Positions 36,691 to 51,700 of a stretch of 64,000 nucleotides of DNA are shown here, piece after piece. The translations under genes and the position numbers were made by a program. The stretch comes from the human T2T-CHM13v2.0 reference genome, Homo sapiens, in the NCBI RefSeq assembly GCF_009914755.1, contig NC_060929.1; one strand, written 5' to 3'. How positions within the stretch are numbered: position 1 is the first letter of the stretch; every line of letters begins with the position of its first letter. The notes under the pieces are model-generated. The model did no database searches and had not been told where the DNA came from. It worked only from the letters and a program-made list of their open reading frames with translations.

Positions 36691-37905
36691 CATCAGAGCG
36701 TTTCTCATAGTTTCAGACATTGGTGTCTCATTGGAACCCCAAGTTCTGTCGATTCAAACACGGTAGAGAAGATTGCTTTTAGCTTTGTGGCTTCTCAGCC
36801 AGGAGACCATATTTGAAATTACTCTTCAGGTGATGAAGATGAGAGGGAAGTGAAACAGCTCTATGAAAAGGCTTCCCTTGAAAAGCTTCCATAGCTCGAC
36901 AGACCTGCAGCCGCCACCCCAGGTGAAAAGAATTCTCTTCTCACCAAGAACAGCATCAAGCCACAGCAGCAGCCGGACCTTTCTCTGGGTCCCTGTTCAT
37001 TAGTAGTCAAGGTTTTCATTGTGCTCAGCAACACAGTCACAGAAAATAAATGTGCCGCACAGATGGGCCCATAGAAAATCTACTTGATGTATTCTTGAAA
37101 ATTAACTGCTAAATGACTTTGAAGAGATGGGGGTTATTGTGTCCATGATTAAAATGAGGTGTAGCATGAATCTTTCAAATACAACACCGTCCCTGTAGAG
37201 CTTTTTAAGACTGATAAGGTGCAAAGTGGTAGCTGGCCTCTGGCTCATGGATGTGCCATGGCTTATTGAACCATTCCCCTGATGATGAAATATATTTCCA
37301 GTATATTTGGTTTATACAAAGGTAAACTTAACTGTATAAAAATAAGCCTGCTTCATTTTATAGAAGCTGAAGCCTTTCATTGAAGGATTTTCCAGCTCGG
37401 ATTTTCAAAAGGCAGAAGAATTAGATCAATATTTCATTGGACCACATATGCCACCCACACCAGAATTTTCTGATGTTATCTGGGTTGCTTGTCAAAAATG
37501 CACCCTACTCCATATGCACATAGGAGGAGAGCTGGGGGATTTACATCTTTAACAAGTATTGCCGGTTTTTCTTTTGACTAGTATGTGACATTTTATATGA
37601 GTTTGAAATAGGACAATGTAGATATACCAAGACAAAGTGTATATTATGCGCAAAATTTGAAACAATATGATTTCTCCAAGTGAAAATGGATATTTACAGT
37701 TTTAAAGTTAGCAGACCAGATGAATTATAATCTTTAACACCAGCTAAACTAGTTTACTTAGTAATTTCAAATACCTGGTGTTTCGTATCGTGGAATCACA
37801 CTATTTTTTACATACAAATAATTTTGGTAATTATTGCTATGCCTCTGTAATGTTCACTGTTGCTACATATTTTGTATATACGCCATCAAGGCAGTCATTA
37901 AACGA

Positions 37906-38232
37906 TGTCTCAGCTGGGCTACTGTAAATGAATACCATGGCCTAGGTGGCTTATAAAAAACATAAATTTTCCTTGCAGAGTTGGAGGCTGGGAAGTACAA
38001 GATGGGTGTCTGGTGGGGGCTGACATCTTGGTTTCTCTTGCTGTCTCCTCACCAGGCAGAAGGGGTAAGGGAGTTATCCAGGGTCTCTTTTGTAAAGATA
38101 CTAATTCCATTCGTAAGCACTCTGTCCTCATGACCCAGTCACCTCCCAAAGGCCCCACCTAGTAACACCAATCTACTGGGGGTGAGGTTTCAACGTATGA
38201 AGGCAGAGGGCATAAACATTCAGTCTATAGCA
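37906..38232 (-). mobile_element. MLT1A0-like MaLR solo LTR
   Basis: tgtctcagctgggct...taccatggcctaggtggcttataaa...ctcatgacccagtcacctcccaaaggccccacc...aaacattcagtctatagca. Flanks aacga/aatgg are consistent with a decayed TSD. Confidence 0.88.
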
Positions 38233-38809
38233 AATGGTAGTGCTGTCATTCATGTTGAAAAATGCTCCTTAAAATCACTAACATGAAAAAGCAGGTTACA
38301 TGTGATGATAATTTTGTGAGAAGGATCTGACAACCACTAATGTAGCTTATATTATTCATTTAGATGAGTAGCCTCTATAAAATATTACAAATAATATTGA
38401 GAAAATTAAAAGTGTATATAAAACAAATATGTGCTACTAATGGTTGCAGATCTATATTCCTATGGGAAAATTTACCTTTAATTGCATGAGTTTTGAAATA
38501 TGTGAGGTCTTCAGGAATTGCAATTTGTATAAAAATGACCTACTTATGGATTAGTATTTGAAAACCACTGCAAAGCTGATGGCCAACGATTTGCCAAGTT
38601 GGCCACTATGGGCCATTTTTACAGGCATTGATTATTTGGACAGAAGTGGAATAATTGTCCTACTATTCTACTCAGAAAACATCAGCAAAGGGATACAGGA
38701 CCATAATGTCGATCAACATGGGAAGAAAAATTTGTCTGGTGATTTCCAGGGAAAGCCATTCCCATTGTAGTCTACAAACAATAAGAGTTGGGCAAAGCTG
38801 TGGTTCTGA

Positions 38810-39008
38810 AACTGTCGTGTGATGGTAAATGTTTCAAAATGTACTCTGGGATTGGAAGAGCCCTGATTTACAGCATTTGCCCCATTTTCATATTGCATAT
38901 ACTCCTACCATGACCAATTTCAGGCTGAAGTCAAGTAACTCATGAAATTCCTGAAAATTTAACAAGTAACCTTTCTAAGGTGGTGCTAGCTGCCTATAAC
39001 ATACCATG
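38810..39008 (+). mobile_element. MER63-like hAT-Blackjack MITE
   Basis: ggtaaatgttt...gccctgatttacagcatttgcc...actcctaccatgaccaatttcaggct...aattcctgaaaatttaacaa. Confidence 0.75.
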
Positions 39009-39856
39009 GAAGGGATCTATAGGCAATAGATCTCTATAGAAATATGGCCAGTCCTTAATTATCCAGAGGCACATCAAGCCTTTTGCGAGCTAATGAAAAT
39101 TACAATTCAGAACCTTCCTGCATTTTTTGGTAATTCAGAGGCACAAAATATAAGACTCTCCCCTTTCTTTTCTTAGCCAGCTCTCTTTTTTGTCTATACA
39201 TCAATGTCGCTGTCACAATATTTGATTTGGGTATGTAACCAATAGTCTTCAGCTATCTATCTCGGTTCTTCTAAGAGCAGGAGAAAAATGTGTATGGGGC
39301 TTCCAATTAAGTAGAGTTGACATTCTGATTTGATTAGCAATGATGGACCCTGGGATTAGATTAGAGATTGGCAATACATATGGTGTCACTTGGAGCAGAG
39401 GAGGAAGACTAAGGGACCCGATGAATGAATAAGATGAATTCACTGCAGTTGACTTAGCAGCAGACAGATTTGCCTTATTGTACAGACATAGATCTTAGGC
39501 ACAGGGCTTTCCGCATATTGCCTGGAACTGTAACCACAGCAGTGTATTTTCATCTTGTCCCTTTCTTTAGTCATAAGTTTTTTTGCTTGCCAATCTCCTG
39601 GCCTGGATTTTGATTACCTACCATCCCTTCCGAATATATTTCTTTCTCCTTCTTTCCTAGATTATTTATATAGTTCTCTCTAGGAATTTTTCATCTTCTA
39701 GAATAAGATGGAACAGAGGTGCTGCCTTCCCTAGAAATTTTCTTCCCTCATTATAACTGTACATCCATCTCTATCTGCCCTTCAAGATGCAGTTCATATA
39801 GTGCTTCTTGCCCCCTGCTAAAGCTAGGCGAGCTTGCTCCCTCTGAACTTACTTAG

Positions 39857-40036
39857 CAGTGATTCACAACCTTCATTGTGCATGGACATCACTTGAGAAG
39901 CTTTTGAAAAATAATAATTGTTTAGGGCCCACCAGAGATTTAGAATTAATTGGTGTGGGGCAGGATGTGAGTTTTGATATGTTTTCGAAAAGTAGCTTTG
40001 GTGACTCTAACGTGCGGGCAAAATTGAAGACAACTG
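39857..40036. mobile_element. MER5A hAT-Charlie MITE
   Basis: Termini cagtgattcacaacctt... and ...aaattgaagacaactg, ~180 bp long with the typical internal palindromic layout. Confidence 0.8.
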
Positions 40037-40489
40037 TTTTATATTATGATATTCTCTCTCTTTGTTCCACAACTCAAATGCAGTCCAGGCTCCATAAAGT
40101 GAACAAAAGTAAGAATGGATCTTTGGGTGGAAAATAGCTTTTACATGCAACTGAAAGAGGCAGGGAGCTCCCAGGCAGCAACCATATACTGAGCCTGTGC
40201 CCTGTGGGAAGGGGAAACTCTGGAGGAAGAGTTTAGGAAGACTCAGAAACCATTTCCTGGGATCTAAAATAGTCTCGGAACTGAAAGCAATCATAGGGGA
40301 TGTAGTCCAATGTCTTACATTACAGAGAAGGAATAGAGACCTGAAGAGGCTTTCCCAGTGTCCCAAGTGAATTTCCTAAGATCATGCAACCTGTGGTTGA
40401 AGGGCCAAAAGATAAGCTAATATTTTCAGTGTATACACTGGGCCAAGCCATTTTATACACATTAGCTTTTACTTTCAGGTATCAATGAT

Positions 40490-40870
40490 TCTTTCCTTGT
40501 TACTACTTAATAGTATTCTATGCTGTATACCACAGTTGATTGATCTTTTTTTTAAACAGCATTATTGATGTAAATTTACCTATCATAAAGTTCACCTGTT
40601 TAAAATGTACAATTCAGTGATTTTCAATGTATCCATAGAGTGGTAGAACCGTCTCCATAATCTAATTTTAGAACTTACTTTTTATCACCTCAAAAGGCAA
40701 GCTTGTACTCATTATTCCTCACAGTAATCACAAGAGGTAGGTCCAGTGTTACTTTCCTTCGTGATAGGACTAACAGAGGTTCAGTCGCTTGCTCAATGTC
40801 ATACACCTAGTAAAGGCTAGAGCCAGAATGGAAAGCGAAGGCAGTCACATTTCAAAGTCCCCATTAGAAC
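40490..40870 (-). mobile_element. Old L1M 3' fragment followed by a MIR fragment
   Basis: aaagttcacctgtttaaaatgtacaattcagtgattttc (L1M 3' UTR). cagaggttcagtcgcttgctcaatgtcatacacctagtaaaggctagagccag (MIR). Confidence 0.65.
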
Positions 40871-41220
40871 TCCACCCAGGCCAGCCTTGCTTCCACCTAC
40901 TCTATGGGAGGGAATTCAGTTCAGACAAAAAGTAATTGGATGGATTTTTTTCACAGATTATTTATGGGGAAAGGATCACCAGGAGGAAGAAGGAACAGAG
41001 GCAAGTGTCAGAGTCTTTCAATCTTGAGTCATGTTGTCCAGATTGCTGTGTGCCCTCTTGCAAGTCTGACACTTACATTCCACATTGTCTGTCTGCTATT
41101 TAGTCTCCTCTTCTGCAGTGCAACATCCTTGAGTATGAGGGCCATAAATTATGCACCACTGTCTCCCCATCATACCTAACATTATATTTAGCCTGAATAC
41201 TAGGTTTCCGTAGACATCTA

Positions 41221-41679
<459 letters not shown>

Positions 41680-42339
41680 TTACATTTTCTAATAAATTAT
41701 TGATATTAATTTGGTCATCAAAATGTATAACATATATACATAGATTTGTCCTATTTTAGGTTCTTTTTGAAAACTACTGACCTTCAAGTGGTAAAGTCTT
41801 TGTCATGGTTTCTTAATGAGTTTCTAAGAAAGAACCATGAGTTCCTAATATATTTGCCTCATAATTATACCTTCTGATTGTGTGTGCAGAAAAGTAAGTG
41901 GCCTGTAGTCACAAGTTCCAGCAGAATCCTTTGGAGTTTTAATTACACAGCACTGCCACCTAGCATCAACCACACAGACTTTTAAAACAATTATTATTAA
42001 AAAAAGAATTGAGGTTTCTCAGTATTTAAAATATTATTAAGGGGATCAGTCTGCAATCTTAAGAAGCACGGACTGAGATTACTTTAGGAAGTATTTGCAG
42101 CAGCTTCCAACCAACGCTATTTACTTGAAAACCCTTGTGATTGGGAGTGAATTGGTGTCAATGAAGAAAGGCGTTGTGAAATCTGCTGAAGAGTTTCAAA
42201 TGTCAGAGCTGCATATTCATAAGCTGCAGGCACCTGTGGCCGAGCTGTGCTATCTTCCTGCAGATTCCTAGCGCTGCAGTGTTTGGAAGGGCAATGGAAG
42301 TGGTTTCCAAATGGCATTGTTTATTTGCATATGAACCTC

Positions 42340-42432
42340 CTATATATATAAAATGATAATATATATGTAATGAGTGATATATATATATATATATATAATA
42401 TATGTGATATGTGAGACAGATATATATATATA
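42340..42432. repeat. Interrupted (TA)n tract
   Basis: Seen directly. Confidence 0.85.
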
Positions 42433-43519
42433 AAAGAAAGAGAGGTGAGTGGAGAAGGTGGACGAGCAGGTTTCCTCTGCCAGCCTTGGAAGTCCATAGA
42501 AGCCGACTATGAGACGAAACAGAAGATATTAGTCCTCTTTGCCATTTCTATTGGATGTCCCCTCATGTGATGCACAATGCTATTGCAGGACCCAGGTCTC
42601 AATCTTCACAGTTCCCAAACTGTGCTTAAAAAAACACATCAAAACAAATCAATAGTATTTAAGAGGGGTAAAACATCGCACTGAGATTGATGCTTTCCAT
42701 AATGAGCCCTTTATGAGATGTAATGCCAACTGTTAATCAATAGACATGCCAGAACTGCCTCTAATACAACCTTGTAGAGTTTTTTTTAATTAATCCTTAT
42801 TAAAAATATTGACTTGTTGTGACTTGCCGGGGTTGCTCCTGGCTCTGTTTTTTATCCTAATTAGGAGGTTATGCTGCACTGCTTAGGCTGAAGATAATAA
42901 TGTAATGATTGTTGTCTTAAAATCTGAGAATCAATATAAGATCCTATCAAATTGTGCCAAGTGTCACAATTATGAATATTGCTTGAGAATTTAAAAGCTT
43001 TATGAGAGCGGGAATTTTTTTAATTTTTAAATTTTTTTTCCCCTCCTGGTTGCTTATTTCTACACTTTTCTCAGAATTAGGTAGGCTCAAAAAGTTTTTG
43101 TGTTTTCATAAGGGCTTTCTCCAAACATTGTATTTTAACATGCTATCTTGTGAGGGAGCTGCCGTCTTCTGGGTTTCAGTTGTTTAAAAGGATCCCCTCT
43201 CTCCAACTCCACACATCTCAAAAGACATTTGTGCCTTAACAGCTTGGCAAAGTTCTAGCATGAAAGGAAAAATGAAGCATCTGAAGATCTTTCCAGGGGT
43301 GTTACTAAATGAAAGACACACAAGAAAAGAAAAAATAAATGAATAAAAGAAAACAACTTGTTGCTTTTCCAAGAGACCCAAAATGTGACAGTTGGGAAGA
43401 ATGTAATAATAATGAGAAGTATAATGGTAATTAAGATACACATAGGACTTCCTTAGGCAAAACAAGGGTATCGTTTTCAGTTCTTGATGTATATGAACTT
43501 CTTCAATACTCATTGTGGT

Positions 43520-43680
43520 CCTAGAAGAATTGCACTCTAATTATTCCTGTTTTACAGATGAGCCAGTTGAGGCACAGAGAATTGAATTTACTTGCCCAAT
43601 GTCACATAGGAAGTAGCAAAGATTGTAAAGCCAATCCTCTGGCTTTTTTGGGTCTGTCTGTGCTATTAATCACTGTACAT
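43520..43680 (-). mobile_element. MIR
   Basis: ttattcctgttttacagatgagccagttgaggcacagaga...acttgcccaatgtcacatag. Confidence 0.78.
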
Positions 43681-43813
43681 CAAATCAGATAATTAACTGT
43701 CTGTCAAATCAGAAACACAGCCTCTTCTCTTTGAGATTGAAGAAGTTAGGTGGGGCTCAACAAATTGAAATAACATTTCTCAAGTCCTCAGCCAATAGTA
43801 AACTGTTGGATAT

Positions 43814-44025
43814 GCAGGGCATAGAGGCTCATGCCTGTAATCCTAGCGTTTTGGAAGGCTGAGATGGGAGGATCACTTGAGCCCAGGAGTCCCAGGCTGC
43901 AGTGAGCTATGATGGCGCCATTGTGCTCCAGCTTGAATGATAGGGTGAGACCCAATTTCAAAACAAACAAACAAACAAACAAACAAACAAGCAAAACAAA
44001 ACCAACCAAACAAAACAAACAAAAC
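43814..44025 (+). mobile_element. Alu monomer (J/FRAM-type) with an (AAAC)n tail
   Basis: gcagggcatagaggctcatgcctgtaatcctagcgttttgg...caggagtcccaggctgcagtgagctatgat...gagacccaatttc followed by (AAAC)n. TSD-like flanks aaactgttggata / aaaacgtggata. Confidence 0.88.
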
Positions 44026-45299
44026 GTGGATACCCCTATGTTAACAGATACTACAAATCTTGATCCCTTCTAGCCTCCCTGTTGAAGTTGTTACCCCTGA
44101 GGGTGATCAGACCAGTGCTAACAGGCAATACTGTGCAAAGCCAGGGAGTCTCAGCCTCCTTGTGACCAGCTCTTTACAGGGCCATTGTTCTTATGAAAAT
44201 TAGGGAGGGATGTTAATGGAGGGAAGCTCCACTGTTTAGCCCTATGTTTGTGAATAAGGAAAATGTTTTCCTTCTATAGCCTCTTTAGAGACAATTAAGC
44301 ATTAGCTTTTGTTGGATGCTAAATTATGAGTGAATTTAGTTTAAAGTATGTGAACCATGCACCCTTTGAAATTTGCCTGAAAAGGCTCATTATAAAACTA
44401 ATGCTATGAAAAAGCACTCCCTTTCAGATTAGGGAAAGCACCTGAATAGTTTTCATAAGTGGCTGCACATCGTTTGAAAGCATTCTAGTGTTGCCTGAAA
44501 CGCTTTCAACACACCTTTCAACTAGGAAATTTCACATTCAGCATATCTGTAGTTCTACAAGACTTTCAATAATATTTAAATTGGTTAACTGTATTTCTTT
44601 TATATCTGTTTTAATGCTGTTATTGATTTGAGGTAGATAAACTTGATTGTGCATGAAATCTTATTTTTCCACACAAAGGAGATATGATTTGAGTATATAC
44701 AGAAGAGAACCACACCTCTAAATGGACCAGGCCTCCGCAGTGCAAGGGTTTGGGTCAGATAGATATTTGCTGGCCCTTTGAACTATACTGGTACTGACAC
44801 CAACATTTGTTTCCCCAAAAGTCAGTGCTGCAAAAGAGGCCTTAGAAGATACCTCTTTCTTAAGAGGTATCCTCTTGGGAGGAGACTCTTAAGTCTTGGT
44901 ATGAGACTAAATCCTTCCATTAAGAACTCAAGGTTTTTAGTTTGTGTGTTTGTTCGTTTTTGGCACTTATAGACACTATGATTCCTATAGCCAATAGTGT
45001 TAGCCTCTTTCTTTTGGTCACAAGGAAGCTAAGAACCCAACTTGTGGATATTTCCACAATACAGTAGACGATGTAAAATTTTAAATTATTTTAAACTGTG
45101 TATTTTATAAGCCAAAACAAGGACATAGCTCATTTTATTTTACTGCTCACATGTATAATAAACCTATTAGATTATTAGATCCCAAATAAGAATCAATGTG
45201 TGATACCTGAAGCACTGAGCTGCAAGGGGCACCTATGTTCTTAAAGAGTTTCTGCATCACGTATAGGTGCATGACTGGTAGCGCAATCATAAGGGCCGG

Positions 45300-45420
45300 A
45301 GAGGACTGTATTCAAATCTCAGCCCTGCTGCATGTCAGCTTTGTTACCTTAGGCAAATTACATCATCTCTTGGACTCTTAATTTCTTTGTCTGAAAGATG
45401 AGGATGATAATACTAATCTA
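45300..45420 (+). mobile_element. MIR
   Basis: ttcaaatctcagccctgc...accttaggcaaattacatcatctcttggactcttaatttctttgtctgaaagatgaggatgataatac. Confidence 0.75.
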
Positions 45421-45466
45421 ATAAATAAACAAGTGAATAAGAACCTCAGTCACAGCTCTTTATTGA

Positions 45467-45786
<320 letters not shown>

Positions 45787-48700
45787 TGTATCAAACACTT
45801 TATAAGGGTTTGGGGATGCAGCCGTGATGCCGATGGATATGGTCCCTGCCTTTTGGGGGCTTATAGTCTAGTCATGGAAATGAATTGGAAGGGCAAATGT
45901 GGAAGTGACTGCCTGTAAGCCCCAAAGTAAATGGTAAGCATGTGGTGAATAAGCAGATATGGCAAATGAAGAGAAAAGCAATGAAATGAATGTTTTGGAG
46001 TTTGGATACTGAAGTGACATTTTTTGTGCTTTATACCCAGAACTGACCTAGTAAGGTTAGTACTATGAAAATAGAGCCAATACAATACTCATGTGCAAAA
46101 GCAGGTAAAGAGAAAATGAGGTCTCCTATGTGTGTGGGAACCTGTGGATGGCTGCTTTCCATTGACTCTTGACAGTTTAGTTTTTTTCTTGAGCTAATCC
46201 CTATAGTAGTGATATTTTTAAGGAATCCAAGGAAAAACAAATACCTGCAAGTAGCAAGCAATTTATAGAATACCAAAAAACTTCAGTGACATTCACATGT
46301 TTAATTTTAGCAAGGATGCTAAGCAACACATTGAAATATAGTAAAACACTAACTTTGCACCTGAAGAAAGATGTATTTGTTCAAGGCCATGCAACCAGTG
46401 AGGAGTGGGAGGTAGAAATTCAGCGCTCCAGGAATCTTCTGCTTTATAACTTATCTTCTTTCTGCATCCAAATTCAGTACTTTTGGTTTAATATCTCAGA
46501 TTAAATGTACTCGTTAAAGACAGATATATACAACATGGCTAGTTATTGTAGGTAAGTTGAAGGTGACCATTGCCTATAGACTTCTATTTGAAAGACTGAT
46601 GAGTACAGCAAATGCAGTGGAATATTTATTGATATTTCATATTTAAGGAAAAATTTGCCGCATAGCTCAATTCTACGTCGTTTGAGATTATGCAATAAAT
46701 ACTATTTATCCCAGTGTTAAAGCTGACTAAGAACTGTTTCCTTAGAAAAAAATTGGCCCAGCTGAAAGGGACTTTTTTCAGTTGCCACTAGAAATAGAAT
46801 TTCAGCATCTCAAAGCACGTGCCTTAATTTAGATTTGTATTTGTGATAAAAAGATCAGGATGATCCCTCTGCACAGATGATGGCCAAGCAAATGAATCTG
46901 CCTTCACATATGCAATGGAGGATGTTGACACACCAGGCTCTTGTGTTTGAATACAACCTTAAACTTTTTATAAATTATTATCCAAAACGCAATGGTCAGA
47001 AGTACTATCTATAGAAGACTCCCAAAAGGGCCTCTTTCTCTAAAACTTAGCTCAGTTTTGCATTGCACAGTTTTGGTTCCACGTAGAATTGCCTTTGCAA
47101 ATTGTGATTTATTATCATGTTATCAGACTGCACTGATGTAAACTTTTAGAAATAATGACATAAAATACATTGTTAGATACAATGACTTAGAGGAGGACAT
47201 TGCCTATCACAGCTAATAGTTTTCTTCTTTATAAAGATTAATCAGTGTCTGGAAAAATGAATCACTTTTATTTATGGACACTGTACAGCACCTATGATTC
47301 TCTCTTTTCTTTGGCTGCTCGGAAACATGCACAATAAATTTATAGTCTACCTTAAGCTTTGACCAGAACTGTTTACATCCCAGTTCGCAAAGATGACCTT
47401 CATGCCTCTCTGTTGCTGTTTATGTTCACTCAGCTTCAATTTCCTACAATTGTTTATTGTATTCTAAAAACATTGCAAAAGCTGCTTCAAATTTTTGCAA
47501 AAAATATGGGAAATGAAAAATGCAGATATATGAACACACACATAAAATATAGCCATTTGATGTCCTTTCTATGTGCATGCCATTATTTCATTTATAATTT
47601 AAAGTACATGTGAATTTTAGAAAAAGTTTAGAAAGGGAAAAATAAGGCTAGATATTAGGAAGAGAATAGTCTTTCAATAGGATTTTTTTTATTCTAAGTA
47701 GATTAAAATTTTTTGACATATTTTTACATATTCATGGGGTGCTTGTGAAATTTTGTTACATGCAAAAAATGTGTAATGATCAAGCCCATGTACTTAAGAG
47801 TGTCCATCACCCAAGTATTTATCATTTCTATTTGTTGGGTACATTTCCGGTACCCATTTCTAGCTACTTTGAAAGATACGATACATTGTTGTTAACTATA
47901 GACACCCTACTCTTCCTTGGATCATTAGAACTTTTATTCCTTCTATCAACTTGTTTGTTTGTACCCATTAAACAGCCTCTGGTTAACTCCCCCGACCCCC
48001 ACCCCCATACACCCTTCTCAGTCTCTGTATCTATCATTACACTTTCTAATTCCATGTGATCAACTTTTGTAGCTCCCACATATGAGCGGGAACACACAAT
48101 ATTTGTCTTTCTGTGCCTGACTTGCTTCACTTAACATAATGACCTCTGGTTTTATCCATGTTGCTGCAAATGGCATGATTTCATTCTTTTTTAATGGCCA
48201 GATAATGTTCCATTGTGTTTATGTGCCAGGTTTTCTTTACCTATTTATCCACTTATGGATACTCACTTAGCTTGATTCCAAACCTTTGCTATTACAAATA
48301 CTGCTGCAATAAACATGCTGGCGTCCTTTTGATATATTGATTTATTTTCCTCTGAATAAATATCCAGTAGTGGCATTGCTCGATTGTATGGTAGCTCTAT
48401 TTTTAGTTTTTTGAGAAATCTCCATACTGTTTTCCATAGTGGCTGTACTAATTTACATTCTCATCAATGGTGTATATGTTCCCTTTTCCCCACAAACTTG
48501 CCAACATCTGATATTTGTTGTCATTTTTTAATAGTAGCTATTTTGACTAGTGTAAGATAATATCTCTTTGTGGTTTTGATTCACATTTCCCTGATGATTA
48601 GTGATTTTGAGCATTTTGTCATATACCTGTTGGCCATTTGTATGCCTCCTATTGAGAAATGTCTATCATGTTCTTTGCCCCGCTTTTTAATGGGATTATT

Positions 48701-51700
48701 TGTTTTTGTATGTTTGTGTTGTTTGAGTTCCTTGTATATTCTGGATATTCATTCCCTGTTGGATGAGTAGTTCACAAATTTTTTCTCCTTTTCAAAAGGT
48801 TACCTCTTCACTCTGTTGATTGTTTCTTTTGCCGTGCAGAAGCTTTCTAGCTGAATATAGTCCCATTTATCTGTTTATGTTTTTGTTGTCTGTGCTTTTG
48901 AGGTCATAGGCATAAAGCACTTGTCTAGACCAATATCCTGAATAGTTTTTTCTGTTTTCATCTAGTGGCTTTATTGTTTTGGGTCTGAATTTAAGTCTTT
49001 AATCTATCTTGAGTTGATTGCTGGACGGGGTGAGAGATAGGTGTTGAGTCTCATTATTCTGCATATGATTATTGAGTTTCCCAACATCATTTATTGAAGA
49101 AGGTGTTCTTTCCGCAATATCTGTTTTTGATGACTTTGTCAAAGATCAGCTGGCTGTAAGTATGTGGGCTTATTTCTGCATTTTCTACTCTGTTCCGTTG
49201 GTTTATGAGTCTATGTTAATACCAACATCATGCTGTTTTGTTTACTATAGCCTTGTGATATACTTGGGAGCCTGGTAGTGTGATGTCTCTAGCCTTGTTC
49301 TTTTTACTCAGGATTACTTTGGCTATTCTGGCTATTTATTTTTGTTCAGTACAAACTTTAGGATTTTTTTTATTTCTGTGAAAATTTTTCTGTGAAAAAT
49401 TATATTAGTATTTTGATAGATATTACATTGAATCTATAGACTGCTTTGAGCAGTATGGTAGTTTTAACAATATTAATTGTTCTAATCCATAGGCATGGGA
49501 TGTCTTTCCATTATTCTGTGTCCTCTTCAATTTATTTCATCAGTGCCTTATAGTTTTCCTTGTGGCGATCTTTCACCTCTTTGGTTAAATTTATTCCTAA
49601 GTATTTTATTATTTTTCATGGCTTATATAATTGGGATTGCCTTCCTAATTTCTGTTTCATCTATTTTATTTTTGGTGTATAGAAATGCTATTGATTTTTG
49701 TATGTTTATTGTGTATCCTGCAACTTTACTAAATTTGTATATCAGTTCTAAGAGTATTTGGTAGAGTGTTTTGATTTTTCTCAATGTAAGATTGGGTCAT
49801 CTGTAAAGAGGGACAACATATTTTCCAATTTCAATGCCTTTTAGGGCTTATAGCACTGTGTTGAATTGGAGTGGTGAAAGTGGGCATTCTTGTCTTGGTA
49901 CAGTTCTTAGAGGAAAAGCTTTCAACTTTCTCCCATTCAGTATAGTGTTAGCTCTGGGTTTTTCATACATGTTCTTTATTATTTTGAGGTATGTTCGTTT
50001 AATGCCTAGTTTGTTGAAGGTTTTTATTATGAAGCGATGTTGTGTTTTGTCAAATGCTTTTTCTGCAGCTGTTGAGATAATCATATAGTTTCTATCCTTC
50101 ATTCTGTTGATGTGATGTATTAAGTTTATTGATTTGCATATGTTAGACCATCCTTGAATCCCTGGGATAAATTCCAATTGATCATGATTAGTTATCTTGT
50201 TGATGTGCTATTGGATTCAGTTTGCTAATATTTTGTTGAGAATTGTTTGGTTCTATGTTCATCAGGGATAATGGCCTGTAGTTTTTATTTTTTGTTATGT
50301 TCTTGTCTGGGTTTGGTATCAGGGTAATGCTGGCCTCATAGAATAGTTAGGAAGAATTTCTTTCTCTTAAATTTTTTTGAATAGTTTGAGAAGGATTGGT
50401 TTTCTTTCTTCTTTATTCATTTGGTAGAATTCATTAGTGAATGTATCCAGTCCTTGGCTTTTCTTTGTTTAGAGACTTTTTGTGAATGATTCAATCTTGC
50501 TACTTGCTATTGGTCTGTTTAGGTTTTCTGTTTCTTCCTGATTCGAACTTGGTAGGTTTTATGTTTCCAGGAATTTATTTGTTTCCTCTAGGTTTTCTAG
50601 TTTACTAGCAAATAGTTGTTCATAATAGTGTCTAATGATCTTTTGTATTTTTGTTGTATCAGTTGTAATGCATCCTTTTTGATTTATGATTTTGTTTATT
50701 TGGGTCTTCTTTTCTTGGTTAGTCTAGCTGCAGTATATCAATTTTGTTTATCTTTTCAAAAAACTTTTCACTTTTTTGATCATTTGTATTGATTTTTAGT
50801 CTCTATTTTGATTAATTCTGCTCTGATCTTCTTTTTAAAATTTCTTCTTCTAATTTTGGGTTTGGTTTATTCTTCCTTTTCTAGTTCCTTGAGGTGCATT
50901 GTTACATTTTAAATTTGCAATATCCCTACTTTTTTGATGTAGGCATTTAGCCTTTTCTCTTAGCAATTCTTTTGCCCTAACCCACAGATTTTGGTATGGT
51001 ATATTTCCATTTTCATTTGTTCTGAGAAACTTTTTGACTTCCTCTTAATTTTTTCATTGACCAAACAGTTATTCAGGAACATGTTGTTTAGTATCCATGT
51101 GCTTGTATAGTTTCTAGAGTTCCTCTTGGTATTGATTTCTAGTTTTATTCCAAGTCTGAGAAGATACTTGATATGTCAAGTACTGATTTTAAAAAACTTG
51201 TCAAAGCTTGTTTTGTGGGAGATTTAAAAAAATTTGTTGAGGCTTGTTTTGTGGGCTAACATATGTTCTATCCTGGAGAATGTTTCATGTGCTGATGAGA
51301 AGATGTATATTTTGCAGTTGCTGAATAAAATGTTCTATAAATGTCTGTTAGGTTCATTTGGTCCAAAATCTACTTTAAATCCAATGTTTCTCTGTTAATT
51401 TTCTGTCTAAATTATCCGCCTAATGTTGTAAGTCAGATATTGAAGTTCCCCACTATTTTTGCAGTGAGATTTATTTCTTTCTTTAGATCTAGTGACATTT
51501 GTTTTATGAATCTGGGTGCTCCAATGTTGGGTGCATAAACATTTAGGATTATTAGATCCTCTTGCTGGATTGATCTCTATCATTATATAGTCACCATATA
51601 TATGTATATATATGTGTGTATATATATAATGTAAATATATTACTGTTTATAACTTAAAGTCTGTTTTAAGTATAGCTGCTCTTGCTGTCTTTTCGTTTCT

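Noticed and set aside
49848-50177. 109-aa reverse-transcriptase-like ORF
   Set aside because: It is a fragment of decayed L1 ORF2 with flanking stops and deletions and a mutated FADD motif. It is not a novel or functional RT system.
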